Counted from the stretch's first letter, positions 10,170-20,150 are shown. The stretch is 64,000 nucleotides of DNA from an uncultured bacterium (GCA_963749495.1 CAVVMW010000010.1:736862-800861), one strand, 5' to 3'. Numbers and translations are program-made. Notes: generated by a model from the sequence alone, not told the origin.

Positions 10170-10331
10170 TTAGGTCCCGCCACCTTTTGGACGGGAGTTT
10201 GAGGGGCGGTGGCGGCGAAAGGCCCGGGCGGTGCGCGACCAGATCCGAGGGCAACCCTCGGTGGCGAACGCCGCGCATTTTGTTGCTGTACCAACCGCTG
10301 TAGCGGACCATCTGCGCGCCCTTGTCGGGGA

Positions 10332-10351
10332 CCTGCCTGCCGGCAGGCAGG
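10332..10351. repeat. 20-bp perfect palindrome insertion CCTGCCTGCCGGCAGGCAGG
   Basis: Removal restores ITQHIPDKGAQMVRY. Confidence 0.92.
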
Positions 10352-11508
10352 TATGCTGGGTGATGGCGGCCAAAAAGTCGGTGGGGGTGAAGACCTCGAA
10401 GTTGCGGTTGATCTTGGCATTGAGGCGGGAGCGGTAGATGACGGTGTCCGTGGGAGATTCCAGGGTCATCTTCTCAACGGAGAAGGGGTTGCGGAGGATG
10501 TATTGGGCCAAATCCTCCAGGTCGGCCTTGGCCTCGGGCGCGACGCGGTCTCCGGCGTGGACGTTGAAGCCGCTGTGCTTCCACGAATAGAGGACTTGGA
10601 CGCGTTCGGGCGGGAGGAGCTTCTCCTCGACGAGGAGGGTGATCACCTTGGCACGGAAAAGTTCTTCGAGGGGTTTGATTGGGGCGTCCGGCAGGGTGTG
10701 GAATGAAGCGAGGGGGGGCGTTGGCGGGTCCGACGGAGTTGGAGCTCCAGGCTGGGGCGGCGGCGGGTCGCGACGGAAGAGGCCGTCGGCGACCAGGGCG
10801 TGGATGTGGGGGTGGAAGTCAAGGTATTCGCCAAAAGTGTGGAGGGTCATGATAATGCCCGGCACACCTTGGGGGCACTCCAGGGCCGTGCGAAGGTATT
10901 CGGTGAGGCTCTCGTGGGCCAGGGTGCAGAGCGGCTTGAGCAGGTGCCGATGGCGTTGGAAATAGGGCCGGAGCATTTTGGGGATGGCCAGGACATAGTG
11001 GCGGTGGGGTACCGGCGCGACCACCTGGTCCAGGATGAAGCGGGCGGTGGTCTGGACATTCTTCTGGTGGCAGGAGGGGCAGAACCAGCGGCTTTTGCAC
11101 GAGAAGGCCAGCAGGTATTCGTGCTCGCAATGGTCACAGCGGACTCGCGCGAATCCGCGCTCCAGGTTGCCACAGTCCAGAAACTTGTGAACGACCTCGG
11201 GAATGATCGGGCGCAGGCTGCCGTAGCGGGGCTGGTAAGCCTCCAGGTAAACAGCCTCGAACTCGTCGTAGTGCCGGTCGGCGCAGTGCCAGAGCGGCGA
11301 CTTTTTCGGATTTCTGGCGCGATAGACTTGCATTGAACCACACGCCAGCATAATGGCGACCTCTGCCATCGAACGTCACAGGTCCAAAAAGATGAGAGCC
11401 GGCACTCGCCCCCAATACCACAGGCCTGACGCCTGCCGGGAAAGGGCTCAAGCCCTTACACTGTGCATTTTCGAGTGACAGCACGGGCGGGGCATCCACA
11501 ATGGGACC

Positions 11509-11590
11509 ATGCCGCGCCAACTGCGCATTCAGTTTCCGGGTGCCATGTACCGTGTGATGAGTCGTGGGGATCGGCGCGATGACATTCACA
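11509..11590 (+). pseudogene. RAYT/Y1 transposase N-terminal remnant
   Basis: MPRQLRIQFPGAMYRVMSRGDRRDDI, with a REP-like flank aaagggctcaagccc at 11441. Confidence 0.8.
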
Positions 11591-11929
11591 AACAGCCGCC
11601 ACTGCCGCTTCGCGGGCTACCAAAATCCACCCCATCCATAGCCGGCCCAAGCGTAAAAATTCCGCATTGTCCGAACAGTCCGCTCTGTCCGTGGACAGGA
11701 GCGGTCGAGGCGGCGCAAAGTGGCGTCCATGAGAAAGTCGCGAATTGATAGACCGCCGTCCAGAAGTAAGACGACACACGAGGTGTCCGAAACCACGTCC
11801 ATGCCCGGGCGCCATGCCGGCCTCCGTCCTCTGTCCTCTGAGCTCCGGTCTAACCGTCGTACGTTGACCATGGCTGCTGGCGGCGGTTGGTTGCGCTTGT
11901 CGCGCTCGCCTCGCCGGCCGGACCTCGCC

Positions 11930-12343
11930 TCACTTGAGTTTGTTGACGAGCACGTCGGGGTGAGCGGGATTGGGAACCACTCGGCGGCGGGCGCAATCCA
12001 CCTGCAGGTCCATCTTCTCCAACAGGGTCTGGCCAATGATTACTTCGTCCCCGAGCACCAACGCGTCGTCACTGCTCCGGCGGTGCAGAATATCAAACAT
12101 GATTCCGTAAGCCACCCCAACAGACTCTTTCTGTCCGTTGGCGTACTCCACCACCGAGTGGTCGGCCGGCTGAAGTCCCAGCCGATCCAACACGGGCTGT
12201 GGCACGCAAGACCGCACGGCACCCGTATCGACGAGCGCGTCGGCCTCGACAGCCCGCACATTTGCCGGACTGAGTTGGCCGGCGGCGACAGCGGCGTGGT
12301 CCGCCACGTTGCTCAGTCTGACTTTGATGCGCACTTCGCCCAT
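11930..12343 (-). CDS. Clan AA (retropepsin-like) aspartic protease
   Basis: Catalytic ALVDTGA and IIGQTLLEKMDLQVD. Confidence 0.85.
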   Translation of the reverse strand: MGEVRIKVRLSNVADHAAVAAGQLSPANVRAVEADALVDTGAVRSCVPQPVLDRLGLQPADHSVVEYANGQKESVGVAYGIMFDILHRRSSDDALVLGDEVIIGQTLLEKMDLQVDCARRRVVPNPAHPDVLVNKLK

Positions 12344-12389
12344 ACCCGTGAGCATAAACCGTTTCCAATCCCGCACGCAAGGCCCAATC

Positions 12390-12672
12390 CTGCTCCTTGA
12401 CCGAGAGCGTCCTTTCGTTCAGTCGGCGCACGGCTATCTCCAGGTTGCCCGTGTCGCCGCTGCGACCAGCCCTCAAATCAGCTTCCTTCCATTTAGCGCG
12501 CCTCAACTCCTCGGCGATGATCCGCTTAGCGTTGGCTTGGGCGCTCTCCAGGCGCAACTGCCCCGAGTGGTGCTCACCCAAACGCGATTCCATCGTTTCC
12601 CGCAACTTGGCCCGGAACTCCTCGCGCCCAAAGCACCAACCTCGCCGTAGCGGTTTCCATCGCGGTCCAAAA
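12390..12672 (-). pseudogene. RAYT-type transposase C-terminal remnant
   Basis: WKPLRRGWCFGREEFR...LGEHHSG...AKRIIAEEL. Confidence 0.65.
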
Positions 12673-12762
12673 AAAATGCCGCATAGGCCGCACAGTCCGC
12701 ATAGTCCTTGGACACCCAGGCTCCGCCGAGCGCAGACTTGCCGCATGACGGTAAAGAATTGT

Positions 12763-12880
12763 CTAGCGAGGCAAGGCCTCAGACCGTGGCTTGGGCATCT
12801 TGCCCAAGCCCCCACGGGCAGGATGCCCGTGCCACAAACTTGACCTGTCTGCATCATGTTTGGAGATTCAAGGACTCTAG
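12763..12880. repeat. 118-bp REP-containing element, copy A
   Basis: Core GTGGC..GGGCATCTTGCCC..CACGGGCAGGATGCCCGTGCCAC; bounded by CTAG; direct repeat of 13695-13812. Confidence 0.85.
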
Positions 12881-13045
12881 CGACGCGTAGCCTCCGAGCA
12901 TGGGGCAGGCCCCCGATCCGACCCGCCCCCTCACCCCTTCCCTCTCCCCCTCCGAGGGGGAGAGGGAAGGGGTGAGGGGGCCGCCCATAGGCTGGCTCCA
13001 CAACTTGTTCTGTTTACCACACCTTTCTCGATTCAAGGACTCTAG
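12877..13045. repeat. Variant element with similar arms but a different 55-bp palindrome (12926-12980)
   Basis: Arms ctagcgacgcgtagcctccgagcatgg and gattcaaggactctag; the centre has perfect 27-bp inverted arms of the CCCCTCACCC/CCCTCTCCC type. Confidence 0.75.
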
Positions 13046-13055
13046 CCGCGCCCCT

Positions 13056-13667
13056 GTGACCACCAGCCCACCAAAGTTGCACGCCGGCCCGAACGAGCCG
13101 CCCCTGACCACCCTCAAGCGCCTGCCCGCCCAGGACCGCGCCGAGATTTGGACTTGGCGCGATCAGCCTGGCATGAGCAGTGCCGCCATTCGCGCCCGCA
13201 TCCTCGCCGCCTACGCCATCGACCTGCGGTGGGATTCTCAGCTCTCGGAATTCTGGAGCTGGCAGTTCCGCCAGATGCAGTGGGAACGCCTCGGCGAGAT
13301 CACCGCCCAGGACGAGCAGATCCTCCAAGCCCAATACCCGCAGCTTGACAGCCCGCGCCTCCGCCAGGCCGCCATGGCCCGCCTCTATGCCTCCGCCGAC
13401 ATCGCCCAGGACGCCAGGCTCAGCTTGAGCGTCATCACCACCGACATCAGAGACTCGGGCGACCGCCGTCGCTGGGAAAAACTCCGGCTGGAGCAACAGA
13501 AGAAAATCGCGGCCGCCTTGGACGAACTCGCTGGCGTGCTCAAGGCCTGGCCCGATCTCCAGGAGGAATACAGGCTCTTGAGTGGACGCGTCCGGCAACG
13601 CCTCAATGCCGATGCCGGCCCCGGCGCGCAACCACCAGCGCCCGCCCCCAACCCGCCCCAACCATGA
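13056..13667 (+). CDS. Hypothetical helical protein, reminiscent of Mu-like gp27/DUF3486
   Basis: HTH-like N-terminus (LKRLPAQDRAEIWTW...SQLSEFWSW) and coiled-coil tail. The family assignment is tentative. Confidence 0.5.
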   Translation: MTTSPPKLHAGPNEPPLTTLKRLPAQDRAEIWTWRDQPGMSSAAIRARILAAYAIDLRWDSQLSEFWSWQFRQMQWERLGEITAQDEQILQAQYPQLDSPRLRQAAMARLYASADIAQDARLSLSVITTDIRDSGDRRRWEKLRLEQQKKIAAALDELAGVLKAWPDLQEEYRLLSGRVRQRLNADAGPGAQPPAPAPNPPQP

Positions 13668-13694
13668 GTGCCCTCCGTTTACGCAACAGACCAC

Positions 13695-13812
13695 CTAACG
13701 AGGCGGGGCCTCAGACCGTGGCTTGGGCATCCTGCCCAAGCAACCACGGGCAGGATGCCCGTGCCACAAGCTTGACCTGTCTGGACCATGTTTTGAAATT
13801 CAAGGACTCTAG
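13695..13812. repeat. 118-bp REP-containing element, copy B
   Basis: Colinear with copy A, with scattered substitutions. Confidence 0.85.
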
Positions 13813-14332
13813 GGTCCCCACAGGCTGGCCACCGCAGGAGGGCCACAGAGTTCATGAACCCCCATGCCCGCGAGCCCTCGCGACTCCGGCACATTGCGGC
13901 GGATTACCGCAAACCAACGCAAATTCGGGCAAATTCCCAGAAATTCCCAGAAATTCCCACAGATTTTCCCCATGTTCAACCGCGCCTCTGCAGGGTCAGG
14001 CCCGCCTGCGCATCGGCTGCAACGTGAGTTCGCACCCGCTGCGAGGCGCCTCTGCGGACGGCAGCCTCCGGGGATTTGGCGGGCCTTGCGGCGACGGCCC
14101 CTGCGCCGCTGCCTCGCTCATCGCTGACGGCATTCCGGCCAAACCCAGCAGTCCCGCTTGCCCTTTGCCCCCAAAAACGTGCTCCCGGTGGCCGTTACGT
14201 CAAAAAACAGCTAAATAGTGACCTTGACGGAATCGAAGCCAGAGTCTTGAATTCCGCTATCGAGCAGTGGCCCTCGGTTCAAGGCGCTAAAGCAGGAGAT
14301 CGTCCTGGAACAGGGTCAATCATGCTCAGCCT

Positions 14333-15214
14333 ATGAACGCCATTTTATCCATGTTTATCGTCGCCGCGCTGCTGCCAGTGGCTTCCGCGCAAGACACCAG
14401 GATCACCAAAAAGCAGGACCTCGTTTATGCCGAACCGGCGAGTCCGCTTCACATGCTCGATGTGGATGCCTCGCCCTCGGCAAGGAACGCGCCGGTGGTG
14501 TTTTGGATCCACGGCGGTGGGTGGCAGGTGGGCGACAAGAGTGACGTGGCGGAGAAGCCGCGGTTCTTCGTGGAGAAGGGCTTCGTGTTCGTATCGGTGA
14601 ATTACCGCCTGCTGCCAAAGGTCGAGATGATCGAGATTTTCCGCGATGTCGCGAAGTCGTTTCGCTGGGTGCATGACCATATCGCTGAATACGGCGGTGA
14701 TCCCAAGCGGGTGCTCGTCGGCGGCCATTCGGCGGGCGCACAGCTTGCAGCGCTGCTCTGCACGGACGACCGCTACCTGAAAGCGGAAGGGATCGCGTTC
14801 ACCGACCTCATTGGCTGCGTGCCGGTCAATGGCGATACTTATGACCTGCCGGCGATTATCGAGACGGAGGAGACGCGCTGCCGGGTGCATGGCCAAGCGC
14901 TGCCGCGGTTCGGGCATCGGGAGAAGTTCGGCAACACGGCGGAAAAGCATCGCGAATACTCCGCGGTGACGCACGTGGCGCCGGGCAAGAAAATTCCGCC
15001 TTTCCTGATTTTGCACGTTGCCGATCACCCGGACACGAGCGCCCAAGCGTTTCGTCTGGGCACCGTGCTGAAAGCGGCGGGAGTGAAGACGACCGTCTTT
15101 GGAGCGAAGGAAACGACTCACAACAAGCTCAATGACAATCTGGGAACCGCGGGTGATCCGGCGACGAAGGCGCTGTTGGAGTTTGCCGATTCGTGCCTGG
15201 CTGTGAAGATTTGA
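14333..15214 (+). CDS. Alpha/beta hydrolase (carboxylesterase)
   Basis: HGGGW, GHSAG and a signal peptide. Confidence 0.9.
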   Translation: MNAILSMFIVAALLPVASAQDTRITKKQDLVYAEPASPLHMLDVDASPSARNAPVVFWIHGGGWQVGDKSDVAEKPRFFVEKGFVFVSVNYRLLPKVEMIEIFRDVAKSFRWVHDHIAEYGGDPKRVLVGGHSAGAQLAALLCTDDRYLKAEGIAFTDLIGCVPVNGDTYDLPAIIETEETRCRVHGQALPRFGHREKFGNTAEKHREYSAVTHVAPGKKIPPFLILHVADHPDTSAQAFRLGTVLKAAGVKTTVFGAKETTHNKLNDNLGTAGDPATKALLEFADSCLAVKI

Positions 15215-15287
15215 TGCTGGCGCCTTCAACATGCGCGAAATGCCCATCCTGCTTTAGAATCCCTCTCAACCACACCGGAGAACAGCA

Positions 15288-17327
15288 ATGATGGAGGAAC
15301 GCCTCAACTTCCAGTCCACCGCGCAAACCATCGCAAGCTTGGTGGCATTCGCTGTACTATTGGCTTGCGCCCAAGCTGCCCCTGGCTTGGGGGCGGCGGA
15401 ACCTCGAGAGACTCGTGATATCCGCGGCCCGGGACCTTCGTTTCCGCGCCTGATGGGGATGAACATCGGGGCCAAGAACTATGACGACCCGGCGTATCAG
15501 GGCCAGCTCGCGCGGCTTGATGTCGTGATCCTCGGCTTCTACAAAGGCTGGACCCCCGGCTACGGTATCGCCCAGGTGGTGCGGAACCTGAAGGAGTTGA
15601 GTGGGGGTAAGATCCTCGTCGGGCAATACACGATCCTCAATGAGTGCGGTGACGATCCGAAGAACAGCGCCACCCTGGATATACAGACCAAGCTCAACGA
15701 CATGGACTGGTGGGCGCGAAAGGCTGATGGCAGCCGCGTGCAATGGACGACCCAATACCGGTCGTGGGACATCAATTTCACGGCCGGGAGCCGGCCCGAT
15801 GCAAATGGCCAGCGCTTTGCCCAGTGGCTAGCCGAACGAGACGATCGCGTGTTCTTCAAGCCGGTGGCCTTCGACCTGTGGTATTGCGACAATGTCTTTT
15901 TCCGCCCACGGGTCACGGCAGACTGGAATCATGCCGGCGCGGACGGCGATCCGAAGAGTCCGGCTGTCGCGGCCGCGTATCGCGCAGGCCACCGCGCCGA
16001 GTGGGACCATATCCGGCGCATTCACCCGGGTCTTCCACTGATGGGCAACACCGACGGCGATCTGTCGGAGCCGGAATACGCCGGTCAGCTCGAAGGCGCG
16101 TTCCTGGAAGGGCTGATGGGCAAGCGCTGGTCCATCGAGAGCTGGGGCGGTTGGTCAAACGTGATAAGCCGATATCGGGCGGCCATGGCGAACACCCGCT
16201 CACCTCACCTCGTTGGTTTCAACGTGCATGGTGATCGCTTGGACTATCGGTTCTTTCGCTATGCCTACGCCTCGTGCCTGCTGGATGACGGCTATTTCTG
16301 TTTCACCGCGAAGGACAAAGAGTATAGCAGCGTGACCTGGTTTGACGAATTCGACTTGAAGCTGGGCGCTGCCGTCACGCCGCCGCCGACCGGCCCGTGG
16401 CAGAGCGGGGTCTGGCGGCGCGACTTCGAGCACGGGATCGCCCTGGTGAATCCGACCAAAGAAGCCGTCACTGTAACGCTGGACCCCGGTTTCGGCCGCC
16501 TTAAGGGAAAGCAGGACCCTGCCACGAACGACGGCAGTCCCGCCACGTCCGCGACGCTGCAGGCAAGCGACGGAATTATCCTGCGCCGAGAGGTAGGCCC
16601 GCGCAACTCCGAGGGACTTCCCTTGAGCGAAAAGGAATACCTGAGCGCAGTCCTTCCGCAGGAGTTGATCCGTTACGCCGGTCTAGAGGTGCCGTCGAGG
16701 GAGAATATCCATGTCCTCTCGGATGAGGCCGGACGGTACCTTGAATTTCGCCTGGTGCCGGGTCAGCCAAAGAAGAACAACGGCATCCGGGCTGAGATCA
16801 GCGTGGATTATCCTTACAGCGTCGGGGACGTTGTGCGTTACAGGTGGGAAATGCGCCTGCCCGAGGATTTCAAAGCGGATGAACCCCGGAATCGCTGGTG
16901 GGTCATGGGGCAATGGCACGATCAGCCCGATCGGACCAAAGGCGAGACTTGGCAGGGATTTCCGGCACACAGCCCGCCAGTGTCCTTCAATTATGGGCGG
17001 CGAGACGGAAAGGACTTTCTCTCGTTACTGGTAGGCTCGCCAAAGATGAAAACCGTTGGGCTCCTTGCCGTTACACGAGACGCCTGGCACGCGCTGGACG
17101 TCGTGATCAAGTGGTCTCAAGGGGATGATGGTCGGGTCGCGGTCTTCTTTGACGGGTCCAAGGCTCCAGCCGTTACTGGCACTGGGCCGAACATGCACAA
17201 CGGTTTCCAGCATTATCTCAAGCTGGGCATGTACCGGCATCCGGAGATCTCCACTGAAAACCGACTGGGCATCCGCAACGTTCTGATTGAGAAGCTCAAG
17301 GACTGGCCTGTGGTCGAGTCCCGTTGA
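15288..17327 (+). CDS. Putative glycoside hydrolase (GHL15-like) fused to a polysaccharide-lyase-like domain
   Basis: N-terminal domain ends WFDEF...WRRDFEHGIALVNP. C-terminal domain has RAEI, GQWHDQP and YLKLGMYR. Confidence 0.7.
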   Translation: MMEERLNFQSTAQTIASLVAFAVLLACAQAAPGLGAAEPRETRDIRGPGPSFPRLMGMNIGAKNYDDPAYQGQLARLDVVILGFYKGWTPGYGIAQVVRNLKELSGGKILVGQYTILNECGDDPKNSATLDIQTKLNDMDWWARKADGSRVQWTTQYRSWDINFTAGSRPDANGQRFAQWLAERDDRVFFKPVAFDLWYCDNVFFRPRVTADWNHAGADGDPKSPAVAAAYRAGHRAEWDHIRRIHPGLPLMGNTDGDLSEPEYAGQLEGAFLEGLMGKRWSIESWGGWSNVISRYRAAMANTRSPHLVGFNVHGDRLDYRFFRYAYASCLLDDGYFCFTAKDKEYSSVTWFDEFDLKLGAAVTPPPTGPWQSGVWRRDFEHGIALVNPTKEAVTVTLDPGFGRLKGKQDPATNDGSPATSATLQASDGIILRREVGPRNSEGLPLSEKEYLSAVLPQELIRYAGLEVPSRENIHVLSDEAGRYLEFRLVPGQPKKNNGIRAEISVDYPYSVGDVVRYRWEMRLPEDFKADEPRNRWWVMGQWHDQPDRTKGETWQGFPAHSPPVSFNYGRRDGKDFLSLLVGSPKMKTVGLLAVTRDAWHALDVVIKWSQGDDGRVAVFFDGSKAPAVTGTGPNMHNGFQHYLKLGMYRHPEISTENRLGIRNVLIEKLKDWPVVESR

Positions 17328-17385
17328 ACAGAAAACCCACTCGCCGCGAATTTCTGGCTAAGATAATGTGATTGATGGAAGACGA

Positions 17386-18504
17386 ATGAAACGACGCCGG
17401 TTCCTGAAGCACGTCGGTGCTGCGAGCCTCGCGGCAGCGGTATTTGCGGCTATTCAAGCCCACGCCGCGACATCGAGTGTGGCGACGGCCCGCACTTTCC
17501 TGTCGCGCCTCCAGCCCGCGGTGGCGGGCGGCGGTTTCGAATTGACCGATTATTGGGTCTGGTGCGGCGCGCCGATCCGTGGCGAGGACGGACGATACCA
17601 TCTCTTCGCCTCGCGGGTTCCGAAGGAAGTTCCGTTTCACCCGCACTGGCTATTCCGCTCGGAGATTGTGCGGGCGGAAGCCGAGAGGCCGGTGGGGCCT
17701 TATCGATTTGCCGAGGTGGCGCTGCCGCCGCGGGGCGGAGATTTCTTCGATGCGCGCAGCACGCACAATCCCCACATCCGCAAAGTGGGCGACACCTTCC
17801 TGCTGCTCTACATGGGCACGAATTACGACGGCCCCACGCCCTCGCGGGAGAATCCCGAGGTCTGGCGCTCGCCACGTTATCTGGCCACCTGGGCGCGCAA
17901 ACGCATTGGTCTGGCGACGAGCCAAAGCGTGCGCGGGCCGTGGAAACGGCTTGACCAGCCGCTCATCGAACCCCGTCCCGGCGAGTGGGACTCCATCGCC
18001 ACGACCAATCCCTCCCTGTGTCAATTGCCCGACGACTCGTTCCTGCTGGCCTACAAGTCGCGCAAAGAGAATCTGGGGCAACTGCAGGTTGGCGTCGCGC
18101 ACGCACCGCACTACACCGGCCCATGGAAACGCCAGCCCACTCCGTGGCTCTTCCGCGGCAAGCCGGCGCATGTTGAGGACCCGTTCCTTTGGTACGAAGA
18201 GGGTCGCGTGCAGGCGCTCATGAAGGACATGACCGGCGAGATTTGCGCCGAGAAATTCGCGGGCGTCCACGTGACGAGCCCAGATGGATTGAACTGGGAT
18301 TTTGACCGCGCCACGCTCGCCTACCGGCGCACCGTGCGCTGGAGCGACGGGCGCACGACGCAGCAGGGCTTTTTAGAACGACCGCAACTGCTCATCGAAA
18401 ACGGCATCCCCACGCATTTGTTTTGCGCGACCGCCGAAGGACCGGGCGATGATCTCAAAGATGCGACCCGGACGTGGAACATCGTCTTCCCGTTGAGCAG
18501 ATGA
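17386..18504 (+). CDS. Tat-exported beta-propeller glycoside hydrolase (GH43-like)
   Basis: RRRFLK signal and motifs WVWCG, THNP, EDPF and ERPQL. Confidence 0.85.
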   Translation: MKRRRFLKHVGAASLAAAVFAAIQAHAATSSVATARTFLSRLQPAVAGGGFELTDYWVWCGAPIRGEDGRYHLFASRVPKEVPFHPHWLFRSEIVRAEAERPVGPYRFAEVALPPRGGDFFDARSTHNPHIRKVGDTFLLLYMGTNYDGPTPSRENPEVWRSPRYLATWARKRIGLATSQSVRGPWKRLDQPLIEPRPGEWDSIATTNPSLCQLPDDSFLLAYKSRKENLGQLQVGVAHAPHYTGPWKRQPTPWLFRGKPAHVEDPFLWYEEGRVQALMKDMTGEICAEKFAGVHVTSPDGLNWDFDRATLAYRRTVRWSDGRTTQQGFLERPQLLIENGIPTHLFCATAEGPGDDLKDATRTWNIVFPLSR

Positions 18505-20027
18505 AAAGCAACAGGCTGTATCGCAAGTGCCGTTTGGGCCCCCGGTCTTTGGTCCCCGTCCTGGCGATCGCGGCGACCAGTTGCTGGCTGGCGGGCTGCG
18601 GTGGTTTCGCCCGATCCACGCCCGCCACGGCCACTGTCGCAGAGCCGGCCAAAGTCACCGATCTTCGTCCATTATGGGATGCCGAACGAGTCCTCCACAA
18701 TCCCTATAAAGGCTGGTATCACCACTACTACGACAACGGCACGCGCAACTACCGGCTCAGTTCCGACGACAACCTGGATCGATTCCCGGGGATGGATCAT
18801 CTCTACATTCGCCTCTCCTGGGCTCACTTCGAGCCCCAGGCGGGGCACTACAACTGGTCCTGGATCGACGATGTGAAGGGCCACTGGACTGCGAAGGGTT
18901 ATGGCATTTCGCTGCGGATCAGCACCTGCGAGACGGGCGAGGCGCACGCCACGCCGGAGTGGGTGATCGCGGCTGGGGCGAAGGGCGCCATGTACAAGGC
19001 GTATGGCCGGGAGGTCTGGGTCCCGGAATATGGCGACCCGATATTCCTCTCGAACCTCGATCGCTTCGTCGGGGAGCTGGCCAGGCGCTACGATGGCCAG
19101 CCGTGGTTGAGATATGTGGACATCGGCCTGGGCACCTGGGGCGAGGGGCACAATCATCCCATGTTCGACAAGGCCATCCGGATGGACGCGGTGAAGAAGC
19201 ACATCGATATCTACAGGGCCCGCTTTCACCGGTCCGTGCTGGTGCTTTCGGACGATGCAGTTCACGTTCACGGACGAAGTCCGGATGCGGAAAAGGAACT
19301 CAGAGAGTATGCCGCTGCCAGGGGAATTTCCTGGCGCGATGATTCGATCCTGACCTGGCCGGGTTTGCACAACTGGCCGGATCGGTTCAATGTCGCCCGG
19401 CCGGAGTTGTTCGAGAGCGCCTGGCGCAAGTTCCCGACGGTGCTGGAGACCTCGCACTATCACGAGGCGATTCGGGACGGGGCATATGAGCCGACGCCAT
19501 CGGGAAGCATCCGTGCTTATGACGATCTTCGCGGCGCGATTAGGCTGACGCATGCCACGTATCTCGGGTACCACGGCGACGCCCGGAAGTGGTTGAACGA
19601 CCATCCGGATCTGGCGAAGGAACTCGCGAACAGACTTGGCTACTGGTACTTCCCAAAGTCTGTGTCGATGCCGCGGAGCTTCATCGCCGGCCACGAGAAT
19701 GCCATTCGATTCGAGTGGGAGAACCGGGGCACCGCACCTGCCTATCAGCGTTTTGCCCTCCGCGCCAGGCTGACCGGCAATGGACGCACGTTGACCCTGC
19801 CTCTCGGAGAATCCAACAATCTGGCCTGGATGCCCGGTTCAGAATGCAACGAGCGCTGCAGTATGCGGATCCCTAACGGCACGCCGACCGGGCGCTACGC
19901 GTTTTCCGTCGCCTTAATGGACGCCACCGTTGCTCCGGAGCGTATCATCGAGATCGGTCTGAAAGAGGCGCTCCGCGGTCCCGATGGATACTACCGGCTG
20001 TGCGAGGTTGAAGTACAGTCGCCGTGA
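18501..20027 (+). CDS. DUF4832-type glycoside hydrolase lipoprotein
   Basis: Lipobox LAGC and motifs LHNPYKGW, YIRLSWAHFEP, GTWGEGH and RLGY. Confidence 0.75.
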   Translation: MKSNRLYRKCRLGPRSLVPVLAIAATSCWLAGCGGFARSTPATATVAEPAKVTDLRPLWDAERVLHNPYKGWYHHYYDNGTRNYRLSSDDNLDRFPGMDHLYIRLSWAHFEPQAGHYNWSWIDDVKGHWTAKGYGISLRISTCETGEAHATPEWVIAAGAKGAMYKAYGREVWVPEYGDPIFLSNLDRFVGELARRYDGQPWLRYVDIGLGTWGEGHNHPMFDKAIRMDAVKKHIDIYRARFHRSVLVLSDDAVHVHGRSPDAEKELREYAAARGISWRDDSILTWPGLHNWPDRFNVARPELFESAWRKFPTVLETSHYHEAIRDGAYEPTPSGSIRAYDDLRGAIRLTHATYLGYHGDARKWLNDHPDLAKELANRLGYWYFPKSVSMPRSFIAGHENAIRFEWENRGTAPAYQRFALRARLTGNGRTLTLPLGESNNLAWMPGSECNERCSMRIPNGTPTGRYAFSVALMDATVAPERIIEIGLKEALRGPDGYYRLCEVEVQSP

Positions 20028-20150
20028 TCCCTGAGGGCGGTCCGCCACATCGGTTCCAGGGAATTGCGGACCACCATTCAGGACCTGCACATGGTCCACG
20101 AACTTCTCGGGGTTTGACAGAGGCGGGTCCTGGACACAGGATTTCCGGCG

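Larger units (their letters stand above)
9886..11333 (-). mobile_element. IS91/ISCR-family rolling-circle (Y2 HUH) transposase, disrupted by three palindromic insertions
   Basis: Zn-binding region CDHC...FSCKSRWFCPSC, HUH motif HTFGEYLDFHPHIH, YILRNP, and C-terminal VDPLCCPVC. The frame is restored when 10063-10082, 10139-10169 and 10332-10351 are removed. Confidence 0.92.
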
